Source: a bacterium (lineage in GTDB: Bacteria; J088; JAWLBW01). Taken from it: a DNA stretch of 51,375 bases. Shown here piece by piece: positions 39,243 to 47,785 of this stretch. Under the pieces are notes generated by a model, which was not told the origin of the DNA, made no database searches, and saw nothing but the letters and a program-made list of their open reading frames with translations. The position numbers and the translations under genes were made by a program. The stretch spans positions 310,001 through 361,375 of the forward strand of contig JAWLHK010000001.1 in the NCBI GenBank assembly GCA_041690355.1, read 5' to 3'. Within the stretch, counting starts at the first letter, position 1; the number at the start of each line of letters is the position of its first letter.

Positions 39243-40352
39243 ATGCCCGCCCGTCCAACCGTGCTCCTGTTTGCAGGCCTGCTGACCGCGACGGCCATTT
39301 CAGGCTGCCGCACCGAGGCTGGGCCCGCGCCCGCCCCGGCGCCGCTGGCCGTGCGGGTTGCGCATCCCGTGCGCGGTCTGATCGAAAAGAGCCTGCGCTA
39401 CGTCGGCACCGTGGCCGGGCGGCGCGAAGTGCAGCTGCTTGCGCGCACCACGGGCTCTGTCGCGGCGCTCCCCGCGCCGGAAGGGACTTCGATTGCACGG
39501 GGAGATCTCGTCGTCGCCATCGCATCCGCAGAAATGGACGCCAGGCTGGCCCGCGCCGAAGCCGAGTGGATGCGGAGCCGGGTCGAACGCGACTTTGCCT
39601 GCGACCAGGCCGACCGGGACGCCGAACTCGCCGCGGCGGGGGCCCTGGCACCGCGCCAGCGCGACAACAGCCGGCGTGCCTGCGACGCCGCGCGCGCCGC
39701 CTCGAGCGCGGCGGGCGCCGCCGTCGAAGAAGCCCGGGCCCTGCACGCCTATGTCGGCGAGCGCGCCCCTTTCGACGGTATCGTGCTGCGCCACCTGGTG
39801 CGCGAAGGCGAGCCGGTGCTGCCGGGCCGGCCTCTCGTCCTCATCGCCGACGCCGAAAAGGACGTCGTGGTGGCCGTTTCTGAAGACGACGTACCACTCG
39901 GGATCCGGCCGGGAACCCCCGTGCGCCTGGGCCGGGCCGCACCCCCGGGATCCGCCGCGGAAACCGCCGAATTCCACGCGCGCGTACGGTCCGTCGCGCC
40001 GCTGGCCGCAGGCCCGGGGCGCACCGTCGAAGTGCGCATCCCCCTCCCCGAGAAGGCCGCGGCCCTGCGCCACGGCACCTCGGTCGACGTCCGCTTCGTC
40101 ATGGCGCAGATGCCCGACGCAGTCTCGGTTCCGCAGCGTGCCCTCGTCGAGACGGCCGACGGCCCGGGGCTTTTCGTGGTGCAGGGCGATCGGGCCGCCC
40201 TGCGTCCCGTGACCGCCGGCCTCGAGGCCGACGGCCGAGTCGCCGTCGAACCGCCGCTCGACCCGGGCACCCTGGTCGTCGTCAGCCATGACCCCCGGCT
40301 GGCCGACGGCGTTCCGATCTACGCGGTCGGCGCGGGAGCAGAGGCGCCATGA
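39243..40352 (+). CDS. RND efflux periplasmic adaptor (membrane fusion protein)
   Basis: Lipobox ISG-C, lipoyl half-motifs (G.V..L...EG..I..GD; RAPFDGIV....VREGE), VPQRALV. Confidence 0.9.
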   Translation: MPARPTVLLFAGLLTATAISGCRTEAGPAPAPAPLAVRVAHPVRGLIEKSLRYVGTVAGRREVQLLARTTGSVAALPAPEGTSIARGDLVVAIASAEMDARLARAEAEWMRSRVERDFACDQADRDAELAAAGALAPRQRDNSRRACDAARAASSAAGAAVEEARALHAYVGERAPFDGIVLRHLVREGEPVLPGRPLVLIADAEKDVVVAVSEDDVPLGIRPGTPVRLGRAAPPGSAAETAEFHARVRSVAPLAAGPGRTVEVRIPLPEKAAALRHGTSVDVRFVMAQMPDAVSVPQRALVETADGPGLFVVQGDRAALRPVTAGLEADGRVAVEPPLDPGTLVVVSHDPRLADGVPIYAVGAGAEAP

Positions 40353-43300
40353 GCATCACGCGGGCCGTCCTTCGCAACCGGCACGCCGTCTGGGCGCTCG
40401 TGCTCGGTATCGCGGCCTTCGGCGCCATGGCCTACGCGCGCCTGCCGATGCAGCTTTTTCCCGATACGGCCCCGCCGCTCGTCAACGTCGTCACGGCCTG
40501 GCCCGGCGCCGCCGCCGAGGACGTGGCCGAATCGGTAAGCCGGGTGCTCGAAGACGAATTCACCGCACTCGAAGGGGTCGTGCGCGTGAAGTCGACTTCG
40601 CAGGACAACCTCTCGCTGGTGAGCGTCGAGTTCCGCTACGATCGCCCCGTCGAACTCGCCGCCGTCGATGTGCAGAACGCCATCTCGGCCGTGCGCGGCG
40701 CGCTCCCCGCCGGCATCCGCGAGCCGCAGGTGCTCAAGTTCTCGACCAGCGATCGTCCGGTCATCACCTTCGGCGTGGCCGGAACCGACCTGGCGGCCGC
40801 GCGGGCATTCGCCGAAGACGTGCTGGCCCCCGAGCTGCAGCGGGTTCCCGGCGTGGCGGCCGTCGACGTCTTCGGCGGCCACGCACGCGCCGTGCTGATC
40901 GACGTTCACCCGCAGCGGTTGGAAGCCCACCGCATTCCCCTCGCCCGCGTATCCGATGCGTTGAAACGCCATAACGCCGCGCTTCCGGCCGGGAGCGTGC
41001 GCAACGAGCGCAGCCAGTCGATGCTGCGCGTCGAGAGCCGAGCCGACGATCTGGAGGCGCTGCGCACGATTCCGCTTACGGCATCCGACGGCTCGCGCAT
41101 CCTGCTCGGCGATCTCGCCGACATCCGGCGCGGGAGCCTGGACCCTGATGCGGCCTTCGCCATCGACGGCCGCGAAGCCATCGCCGTCCAGGTCTTCAAG
41201 ACGACCGAGGGAAACACGGTCGAAGTCGTCGGACAGGCCACAGCCGCCGCGCGCCGCAGCGTGGCGGGACGCCCCGGACTCGAGCTGCTCATCGGCGAAG
41301 AATCGGCCTCATTCACGCGCATCTCCATCGGCGGCCTGCTCGAAAACATCTGGCAGGCCCTGGCCCTGGCCGCCGTGCTCATCTTTCTCTTTCTCGCCCG
41401 CTGGGGGAGCGCGCTCGTGGCCACGCTGTCGATGGTGCTGAGCTACGGCGCCACGTTCGCGCTCATGTACGCGACCGGTACCGAGCTCAACATGGTCACG
41501 TTGACGGCCATCATTCTCGCGATCGGCATGGTGGTCGACGCCTCAGTGGTCGTCATCGAGAACGCCGATACGTGGCGCCGCGAACATGGCCTCGCGCCGC
41601 TCGAAGCGGTCGTGCGCGGAACCGACGAGATCATGCTGCCCGTCGTCGCCGGCGCGGCCACGACGCTGGCGGTCCTGATCCCGCTGCAGTTTCTGCCGGG
41701 GTTCGTCGGCCGCACCTTCGGCCCGCTGGCGCGCACCCTCATGTTCGCGTTCTCGAGTTCACTGCTCATCGCCCTCTTCGTCGTGCCGGTCTTCACCACC
41801 CTGACCGTCGACGGCGGGCGCGGCGACCGCTGGGCCGAGCGCATCGCGCGGCCCTGGAACCGGCTCATGGACGCGGTTCTCGATGGTTACGATCGCGCTC
41901 TGGGGTGGGGGCTGCGGCACAGGTCTGTCATCCTCGCCGGCGCCCTCGTCTTCTTCATCGCCGGGGTCGCCGGCCTGCGCCTGCGGGGTGCCGAGGTGCT
42001 CCCGCGCATGGACGGGGGAACTTTTTCGGTCGCCGTCGAAGCCCACTCGGGCGCGTCGCTCGAAGAAACCGTGCGCGTGCTCGACGATATCGAGGCCCTG
42101 CTGCGCATAGAGCCGGCGGTCGTGAAGATTCAGACGCAGGCCGGCTTCGAGGCGGGCATGCGCTCCTTCGGTTCCACCGGTGTTCAGGGGCCGACCCAGG
42201 GGCTCATCACCGTGACTCTTTCGCCGCGCACCGAGCGCGACGAGAGTATCTGGGCGATCGAGCAGCGCATCCGCGACGCGGCGCAGCGGATACCGGGCAT
42301 CCGCTCGATCAGCGTGAAGGAGATCGGCAACACCGCCAAGGCAACGACTGCCGCCCCGATCGTCGTGCGCGTGTCGGGGCCCGACCCACTCGTGCTCGAT
42401 CGCCTGGGCGACGAAGTCGTCGACCGGCTCGCGCAGGTATCCTCGGTCGTCGAGCCCCGGCGCAACTGGCGCCTCGATCTGGAGCGCACCCGCGTCGACG
42501 TGGATGCGCTGCGGGCGGGCCGCCTCGGCCTCGATCCCACGGCGGTCGCAGGGCAGATGCTCGCGGGATCGAGCGGTTTCGCCGCCGGAGAATTCCATGG
42601 TGACGGCGGTACGCCCTATCCCGTCTGGGTTCGCTATGAATCGAGGGCACGCGCGCGGCCCGAGGATCTGCTCCGCTTCCCCCTCTTCATTCCCGGCTCC
42701 CCCGATCCGCTGCCGCTGGGAACCGTCGCGTCGACGTCCCGTACGGTCGGGCAGGGGCTGGTCACGCGCGAAGATGCCACGCCGAACCTCGAAGTGCTCG
42801 CGTCTCTCGGAGATCGTCCGCTCAATTTCACCGTCAACGACGCACGTGCCGCGCTCGCCGACTTCACCGTTCCGCAGGACTATGGCGTCGTGCTCGTGGG
42901 CGAAAACCAGGACATGGGCGAGGCGGCCGGCGCACTCGGCTCAGCGCTCGTGGTGGCCGTGCTGGCCGTCTATCTTCTGCTCGTCGCCCAGCTGCGTTCC
43001 TTTCTGCACCCGCTCACGATTCTCATGACCGTCCCGCTCAGCCTCGGCGGCGTCTCGGCCGCGCTCTGGATCGCCGGCAAGTTTCTCTCCATGCCCGTCA
43101 TGGTCGGTCTCATCCTGCTCGTCGGCACGGTCGTCAACAACGCCATCATCCTGCTTGACTTCATCGAGCAGCGGCGGCGCGAGGGGGCCGATCGCGACAC
43201 GGCGCTGCGTGAGTCGGTGCGCGCCCGCTTTCGCCCGATCATGATGACCTCGCTGTCGACGATCATCGGCATGATCCCGCTGGCCGGCGAGTGGGCCCTC

Positions 43301-43465
43301 GGTGCAGAGCGTTTCGCGCCCCTCGCGACGGCGGTCATCGGCGGCATGACGACGGCGACCGTGCTCACACTGATCGTCATTCCCGTGCTCTACGCCGGAT
43401 TCGATTCCCTGCGCGAACGCCTGACGCGGCCCACCCCGCAGGCTTCGCAGGAGGTACCCGTATGA
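40349..43465 (+). CDS. RND transporter permease (AcrB/CzcA superfamily)
   Basis: 1038 aa; LPMQLFPD, WPGAAAEDV, GMVVDASVVVIEN, RFRPIMMTSL, PLATAVIGG. Confidence 0.95.
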   Translation: MSITRAVLRNRHAVWALVLGIAAFGAMAYARLPMQLFPDTAPPLVNVVTAWPGAAAEDVAESVSRVLEDEFTALEGVVRVKSTSQDNLSLVSVEFRYDRPVELAAVDVQNAISAVRGALPAGIREPQVLKFSTSDRPVITFGVAGTDLAAARAFAEDVLAPELQRVPGVAAVDVFGGHARAVLIDVHPQRLEAHRIPLARVSDALKRHNAALPAGSVRNERSQSMLRVESRADDLEALRTIPLTASDGSRILLGDLADIRRGSLDPDAAFAIDGREAIAVQVFKTTEGNTVEVVGQATAAARRSVAGRPGLELLIGEESASFTRISIGGLLENIWQALALAAVLIFLFLARWGSALVATLSMVLSYGATFALMYATGTELNMVTLTAIILAIGMVVDASVVVIENADTWRREHGLAPLEAVVRGTDEIMLPVVAGAATTLAVLIPLQFLPGFVGRTFGPLARTLMFAFSSSLLIALFVVPVFTTLTVDGGRGDRWAERIARPWNRLMDAVLDGYDRALGWGLRHRSVILAGALVFFIAGVAGLRLRGAEVLPRMDGGTFSVAVEAHSGASLEETVRVLDDIEALLRIEPAVVKIQTQAGFEAGMRSFGSTGVQGPTQGLITVTLSPRTERDESIWAIEQRIRDAAQRIPGIRSISVKEIGNTAKATTAAPIVVRVSGPDPLVLDRLGDEVVDRLAQVSSVVEPRRNWRLDLERTRVDVDALRAGRLGLDPTAVAGQMLAGSSGFAAGEFHGDGGTPYPVWVRYESRARARPEDLLRFPLFIPGSPDPLPLGTVASTSRTVGQGLVTREDATPNLEVLASLGDRPLNFTVNDARAALADFTVPQDYGVVLVGENQDMGEAAGALGSALVVAVLAVYLLLVAQLRSFLHPLTILMTVPLSLGGVSAALWIAGKFLSMPVMVGLILLVGTVVNNAIILLDFIEQRRREGADRDTALRESVRARFRPIMMTSLSTIIGMIPLAGEWALGAERFAPLATAVIGGMTTATVLTLIVIPVLYAGFDSLRERLTRPTPQASQEVPV

Positions 43466-43605
43466 GAGGCCTCGGTCTCATCCCGCTCTTTTTTCTCGGC
43501 CCCGGCTGCGCGATCGCGCCGAATGCAGAGCAGCCGGGCCCCCCGGCCGAGCCGGAACGCCGGCCGGCAGAACCCTCGGACCCCGACACGGAGACTCACG
43601 AATGA
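43462..43605 (+). CDS. 47-aa small exported or lipoprotein-like peptide, or a gene remnant
   Basis: CAGGAGG RBS; ATGA overlap with the RND stop and ATGA overlap with the next start; hydrophobic N-terminus ending in Cys16, Pro/Glu-rich tail. Confidence 0.6.
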   Translation: MRGLGLIPLFFLGPGCAIAPNAEQPGPPAEPERRPAEPSDPDTETHE

Positions 43606-44546
43606 AAGCCCTTCTCCCGGCAGTGCTCCTTCTGCTCGGCTTCGCTACCGACGCCGCGGCGACCGAAGCGCGCTTCAAGCCGACACCCGACGACGCAGAC
43701 GGGTATACAGAAACGTTCACGATCAGCGCCGACCTGGCCGGCGGCGGCGTCGCGGTCGTTCAGCTCGGGGCGACGAATGCGGGGCCCGGCTCGGGACGCG
43801 GCGTGTGCCGGGTCATGGCGGCCGCCGGTTCGCTTACGTGGCGCTATCAGAAGGTCGTCGCCGACGGAGAATGGAGCTACGCGCCGGAGCCGGATCCGCA
43901 CCTGGCCATCGGCGGCTGCGCGATCACCGATGGGCGCCGGCCGGTTCTGACAGCCGTGCTTCCCGAGGGCAGGCTCGAGATCCGCATCCAGGCCGATCCT
44001 CAGTGGCTGCAACCGCCGAGCATTCCGGGGCCGCATCCCTACGACCTTCCGGGATTCGCAAGCGGAATCACGGCGACCATCACACTGCGGCCGGCGAGCG
44101 GCGCACCGGTTTCACAGGGCGCCACGGTTCATATCGAACACGCACGCAGCCTGGCGACGCCGGGAGAAATCGGGCGCCAATGGTTCCGCCTGCGCACCAC
44201 CGGGGCCGGCGGCAGACGTTTCGCGCTCGTGCGCCGCGACGGTGAGAGCGATGCCGGAACGGGGTGGGTCTACTCCGGCGGGCAATTCAGGCCGGTGCGC
44301 GGCGTGCGCATCGAGGCCGGCGAGCAGGTGGGCCGCACGCCGGTCACGCTGCGCCTCGAGGGGCGCACCCTCCGGCTCGCTCCGGCCCAGGGGGGCCTCA
44401 CATACGCGCCGCTGCGCGAACTGGGTCTGCTCGGCCGCGTGCTCGGCGCCGTCGTGGGCGATCCCCTTCTCGCCGCGACACCCGTGACGTGGACCGAAGA
44501 GGGCTTCGCCGCCGACGCCGTTCTCGAAACCATGACCTTCCGGTGA
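43602..44546 (+). CDS. Hypothetical exported protein
   Basis: GGAG RBS, signal peptide MKALLPAVLLLLGFATDAAA, beta-strand-rich sequence; coupled in the operon. Confidence 0.75.
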   Translation: MKALLPAVLLLLGFATDAAATEARFKPTPDDADGYTETFTISADLAGGGVAVVQLGATNAGPGSGRGVCRVMAAAGSLTWRYQKVVADGEWSYAPEPDPHLAIGGCAITDGRRPVLTAVLPEGRLEIRIQADPQWLQPPSIPGPHPYDLPGFASGITATITLRPASGAPVSQGATVHIEHARSLATPGEIGRQWFRLRTTGAGGRRFALVRRDGESDAGTGWVYSGGQFRPVRGVRIEAGEQVGRTPVTLRLEGRTLRLAPAQGGLTYAPLRELGLLGRVLGAVVGDPLLAATPVTWTEEGFAADAVLETMTFR

Positions 44547-44550
44547 CATC

Positions 44551-46185
44551 ATGATCCGCATCCTGCTGCTCGCGGCGTTCGTGCTCGCCCTCCCCTTTGC
44601 CGCGGGAGCCGACCCGGCCGCCTATCCCGGGTTCGGCGCCGAATCCATCGCGCTCGGCGGCGCGCGTACCGCCGAAAAGGGGGGCACCGCGGCGCTCGCC
44701 TATAATCCGGCGGGGATGAATACCGGCGTTCAGCAGACGGTAATCGCCTGGCTCTGGGCGCGTCCGTCGCTCTTCATCGACACCGGGCAGAATGCTGAAC
44801 TGGAGGGGTATCTTGCCGCGGGCCCGCGCGGCGAGTCTGACCCGGAGTTTCATCTCGTCCGTTTCCGCGCGCGGATCAACGCCGACCAGGAGCGCAGGGC
44901 CGAAGACGCGCCGCTGATGCGCGGCGTTTACGCGGGCGTGGTGGTTCCCCTGGCCCGGGAGCGCAGCGAGGCGCTGACCTCGCTCGGCATCGGCGTCTAC
45001 GTGCCGCAGGGGCGGCTCGCCGCCATCCAGCTCGGCAGCGAATCGGCGCCGTTCTTCGTCGACTTTCACGACCGGAACCAGGCGGCCGTGATTCGTGCGG
45101 CCGTCGGGCGCGACCTTCCCTGGGGGCTCAGCGTCGGCCTCGGAGCCGTCGTCGATCTGATCCAGGCCGACGTCGACGCCGATGTGTTCGTGCCGCTGCG
45201 CTTTGCGGTCACCGACATCATCCTCCGCGACGACCCGCTGGTGCCCGATGCCGACATCCAGCCGACGGTCACGGCGGGGGTCGCCCCGCGCGTGCGCCCC
45301 GTCGCCGGTCTGCGCTGGCAGGCGGCCGAGACTCTGGCCTTCGGGCTTGCCTACCGCGACGAATCGAGCGGCCGCGTCGACGTCGACGGGCGCATGGTGC
45401 TCTCGTCGGGCCTCGCCCAGCCGGCCGTCGTTCCCTGGAGCGCCTCGGTGAACACACAATTTCAGCCGCGGCGCATCAGCGGCGGCGCGCAGTGGACGTT
45501 TCTCGACCGTTTCCGCCTCCAGGGCGATCTGGCGTGGGAGCAGTGGTCGCGCTATCGTCCTCCCCTGGCCGAGTTTTCGGCGAGCGGTCTGCGGAATCTG
45601 GCCCGCAACGTGCTGGCCGCGTCGGGGGCTGTCGACGCCGGGCTGCTCGGCGCCTGCCTGAGTGTCGGGGGGGCCGGGCTGTGCCTGCCGTCCGAAGCGG
45701 AACTGCTTGCGCGCACCCCTGACGGCGTCGACGTGCGCTACCGGTTCAGCGGCGCCCGCGACATCCTTGTTCCGCGCGCGGGCTTCGGGTGGCAGGCGAC
45801 CGAACGCCTGGAGCTTCTCGCCGGCTACTTCTACCGCCCCAGCATGGAATCCGACGACGGATTCAGCCTGATCAAGATCACGACCCTGCGGGATCTGGCC
45901 GGCGAGACGATTACCGAGGAAGAGGCAGTCGATCTCAACCTGCTCGACAACCCGCAGCACGGCATGAGCCTCGGCGCAAACTACGTCCTCGGTGCGGTGA
46001 CCCTCACGGCGGCCGTGGAGTATGTGGCTCTCGTCGAGAAGCATGTCGACAAGCGCGACTCGGAGGTTCTTTTCGAAGATCGCGCGGCGGCGCCGGGCAA
46101 TCAGATCACCGCCTTCGGGTATCCCGCCTATACGTACGGCGGAAATGTGCTCGGCGGCTCGCTGCAGCTCACGTTGGCCTACTGA
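44551..46185 (+). CDS. FadL/TodX-like outer-membrane transport protein
   Basis: Signal peptide, hatch motif GFGAESIALGGA...ALAYNPAGM, alternating beta strands (LAFGLAYR, WEQWSRY, AGYFYRPS) and a terminal aromatic residue. Confidence 0.75.
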   Translation: MIRILLLAAFVLALPFAAGADPAAYPGFGAESIALGGARTAEKGGTAALAYNPAGMNTGVQQTVIAWLWARPSLFIDTGQNAELEGYLAAGPRGESDPEFHLVRFRARINADQERRAEDAPLMRGVYAGVVVPLARERSEALTSLGIGVYVPQGRLAAIQLGSESAPFFVDFHDRNQAAVIRAAVGRDLPWGLSVGLGAVVDLIQADVDADVFVPLRFAVTDIILRDDPLVPDADIQPTVTAGVAPRVRPVAGLRWQAAETLAFGLAYRDESSGRVDVDGRMVLSSGLAQPAVVPWSASVNTQFQPRRISGGAQWTFLDRFRLQGDLAWEQWSRYRPPLAEFSASGLRNLARNVLAASGAVDAGLLGACLSVGGAGLCLPSEAELLARTPDGVDVRYRFSGARDILVPRAGFGWQATERLELLAGYFYRPSMESDDGFSLIKITTLRDLAGETITEEEAVDLNLLDNPQHGMSLGANYVLGAVTLTAAVEYVALVEKHVDKRDSEVLFEDRAAAPGNQITAFGYPAYTYGGNVLGGSLQLTLAY

Positions 46186-46194
46186 CCGGCATGC

Positions 46195-46701
46195 TCAAAG
46201 GCGCCGGCTGTCCCAGGCCCAGTTGAGCAGCGCCTGGCGCTGACGACGGCGGCATTCGAGGTCGCCCGGCAGGCAATTGCGCTGAATCTGCGCGGCGTGC
46301 CGCTTCATCGCCCGCCACCGCCCGATCTGCCGCAGGTCGTCGGGGCAACGCCGCCCGCGGTAGTAGCGGCAGTACCACTGGAACCAGCCTCGCGGATCCT
46401 CGTAGTAGATCCACCCCTTGCGCCGCCATTCCGCAAGCGGCTGCGAGGCGTTCACGCCGAAGTAGTTCAGCTTCGGGTCGTGCCGTTCGTGGCAGAGTTT
46501 CGCGTTGACGAACCAGTCGGCCGGGAACTCGTCGCGGCAGTCGGACATGTACTTACCGCCGAAAACCCCCATTTCGAGCATCTGGCGGGGGGTCAGCTCC
46601 GGGCGGAATTCCGCATGAAAGTTGCGACCCTCGGGCTCGGTCAGCACGTAGACATAGCCCTGCTGCATGAGATCGTTGACGGCAATGCGGGTGGTGCCCA
46701 T
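46195..46701 (-). CDS. Conserved-looking hypothetical protein (LTPxxMLxxGVFGGxY / DPRGWFQWYCRYY)
   Basis: Aromatic-rich, motif-dense 168-aa ORF ending RQRQALLNWAWD; TATTCT box 7 nt upstream of the ATG. Confidence 0.8.
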   Translation of the reverse strand: MGTTRIAVNDLMQQGYVYVLTEPEGRNFHAEFRPELTPRQMLEMGVFGGKYMSDCRDEFPADWFVNAKLCHERHDPKLNYFGVNASQPLAEWRRKGWIYYEDPRGWFQWYCRYYRGRRCPDDLRQIGRWRAMKRHAAQIQRNCLPGDLECRRRQRQALLNWAWDSRRL

Positions 46702-46721
46702 CGATGACAGAATACCGCAGA

Positions 46722-46792
46722 TCTTCAGTCTTCAGTCTTCAGTCGTCAGTCTTCAGTCCTGGTTGACGCTCGGCGCTTGGCCTTGGCGCTCA
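46722..46792. repeat. Heptamer tandem repeats
   Basis: TCTTCAG x5 with one variant (46722-46756), then GCGCTTG-type units like those at 16971-16998. Confidence 0.85.
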
Positions 46793-47299
46793 GCCGGCGA
46801 CGGCCTCTCGCCAGTAGCGGAACGAGGAATCCGAGACGCCCCAGTCCGGATCGTTCTCCCGCAGGTCCTCGAGACAGGCGAGCAGGCGCAGGGCCGCGTC
46901 GCGCAGGCCGAGCAGGGTCAGGCTCTTGAGGATGCGCGTAATCCGAAGATTATTGTGCGTGTCGTGGACCGCCCAGTTGGTCTTGCGGGCCAGCCAGTTC
47001 TCGCCGGGAACGATACCTTCTGCCCGCTCGGTCAGCCCGTAGAAGGAGAGCATGCGGCGACAGGCAGCCCGCAGATCCTCGCGCATCTGGTCGTCGCTGT
47101 GGAATGCAGCCTCGATCTGCGGGGTCAGTCTCGGAGCCTGCGGGTTTACGCCACTCCCTTCGCGCAGGGGAAAAAGCCATTGGATGTAGTCATGGGTTAC
47201 CTCGAGCCATACGTCGTCCTGCCGGAGGATTTCGGCAAGGTAACGGCCACGGTGGTCGGGGGCGCTGCCGTAGTAAAACGCGAGCAGGGGGGCAGTCAC
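46790..47299 (-). CDS. Opioid growth factor receptor (OGFr) conserved-region protein
   Basis: LE.THDYIQWLFP, RMLSFYG, HNNLRITRILKSL..LG, S.RYW. GTG 47299 overlaps the toxin-remnant stop and follows a GAGGGA RBS. Confidence 0.85.
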   Translation of the reverse strand: MTAPLLAFYYGSAPDHRGRYLAEILRQDDVWLEVTHDYIQWLFPLREGSGVNPQAPRLTPQIEAAFHSDDQMREDLRAACRRMLSFYGLTERAEGIVPGENWLARKTNWAVHDTHNNLRITRILKSLTLLGLRDAALRLLACLEDLRENDPDWGVSDSSFRYWREAVAG

Positions 47300-47446
47300 T
47301 TGATTTCCCTCGCCTCGAACCGACGACGTGAGTGGCGCAGAGTCAGAATCGTGACTTCGTCTGTAACTACTCGATAGAAGATCCGGTAGGACCCGAACAC
47401 GATTTGCCGGACATCGGAATGCAATGGACGACCAGACGAGCTTCAC
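47296..47446 (-). pseudogene. RelE/ParE-family toxin with an internal deletion and frameshift
   Basis: Starts MKLVWSSIA (GTG overlapping the antitoxin stop). A second frame from 47421 reads HSDVRQIVFGSYRIFYRVVTDEVTILTLRHSRRRFEAREIK*, a RelE/ParE C-terminal half. The middle of the gene is missing; 151 nt remain. Confidence 0.85.
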
Positions 47447-47724
47447 GATCCGTACTTGCGTCGCATCTCGGCAACGACTGTGTCGTGACCGACCCCGCCT
47501 GTTCGCTCAACCTCCCGGTCGGCAGTAAGAAGTTCCTGCACCAATTCGCGCTCTTCCATGAGACGCTGATACTCCCTTACATCCAGAAGAACTGCAGAGT
47601 GTGAGCCGCGCTGCGTGAGGATGAGACGACGCCGGGTCTTCTTCAGTTGACGGATCACTGCGGCGGCGTGAGCCCGAAACTCAGAAAGCGGTGCCGTATC
47701 CTCTCTTGCTTTGGATTTCGCCAT
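47443..47724 (-). CDS. Phd/YefM-family antitoxin
   Basis: PLSEFRAHAAAVIRQLKKTRRRLILTQRGSHSAVLLDVREYQ; GGAGG RBS; directly upstream of the toxin remnant. Confidence 0.9.
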   Translation of the reverse strand: MAKSKAREDTAPLSEFRAHAAAVIRQLKKTRRRLILTQRGSHSAVLLDVREYQRLMEERELVQELLTADREVERTGGVGHDTVVAEMRRKYGS

Positions 47725-47785
47725 GTGTGCCTCCGGTCGTCCCTGGATCGTACCATAGCAGTCACGGCAGCCAGATGTGAAAACA

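Noticed and set aside
47296..47446. Programmed frameshift restoring an active toxin
   Set aside because: No slippery run at the junction, and a shifted product would be only about 50 aa, lacking the central helices.
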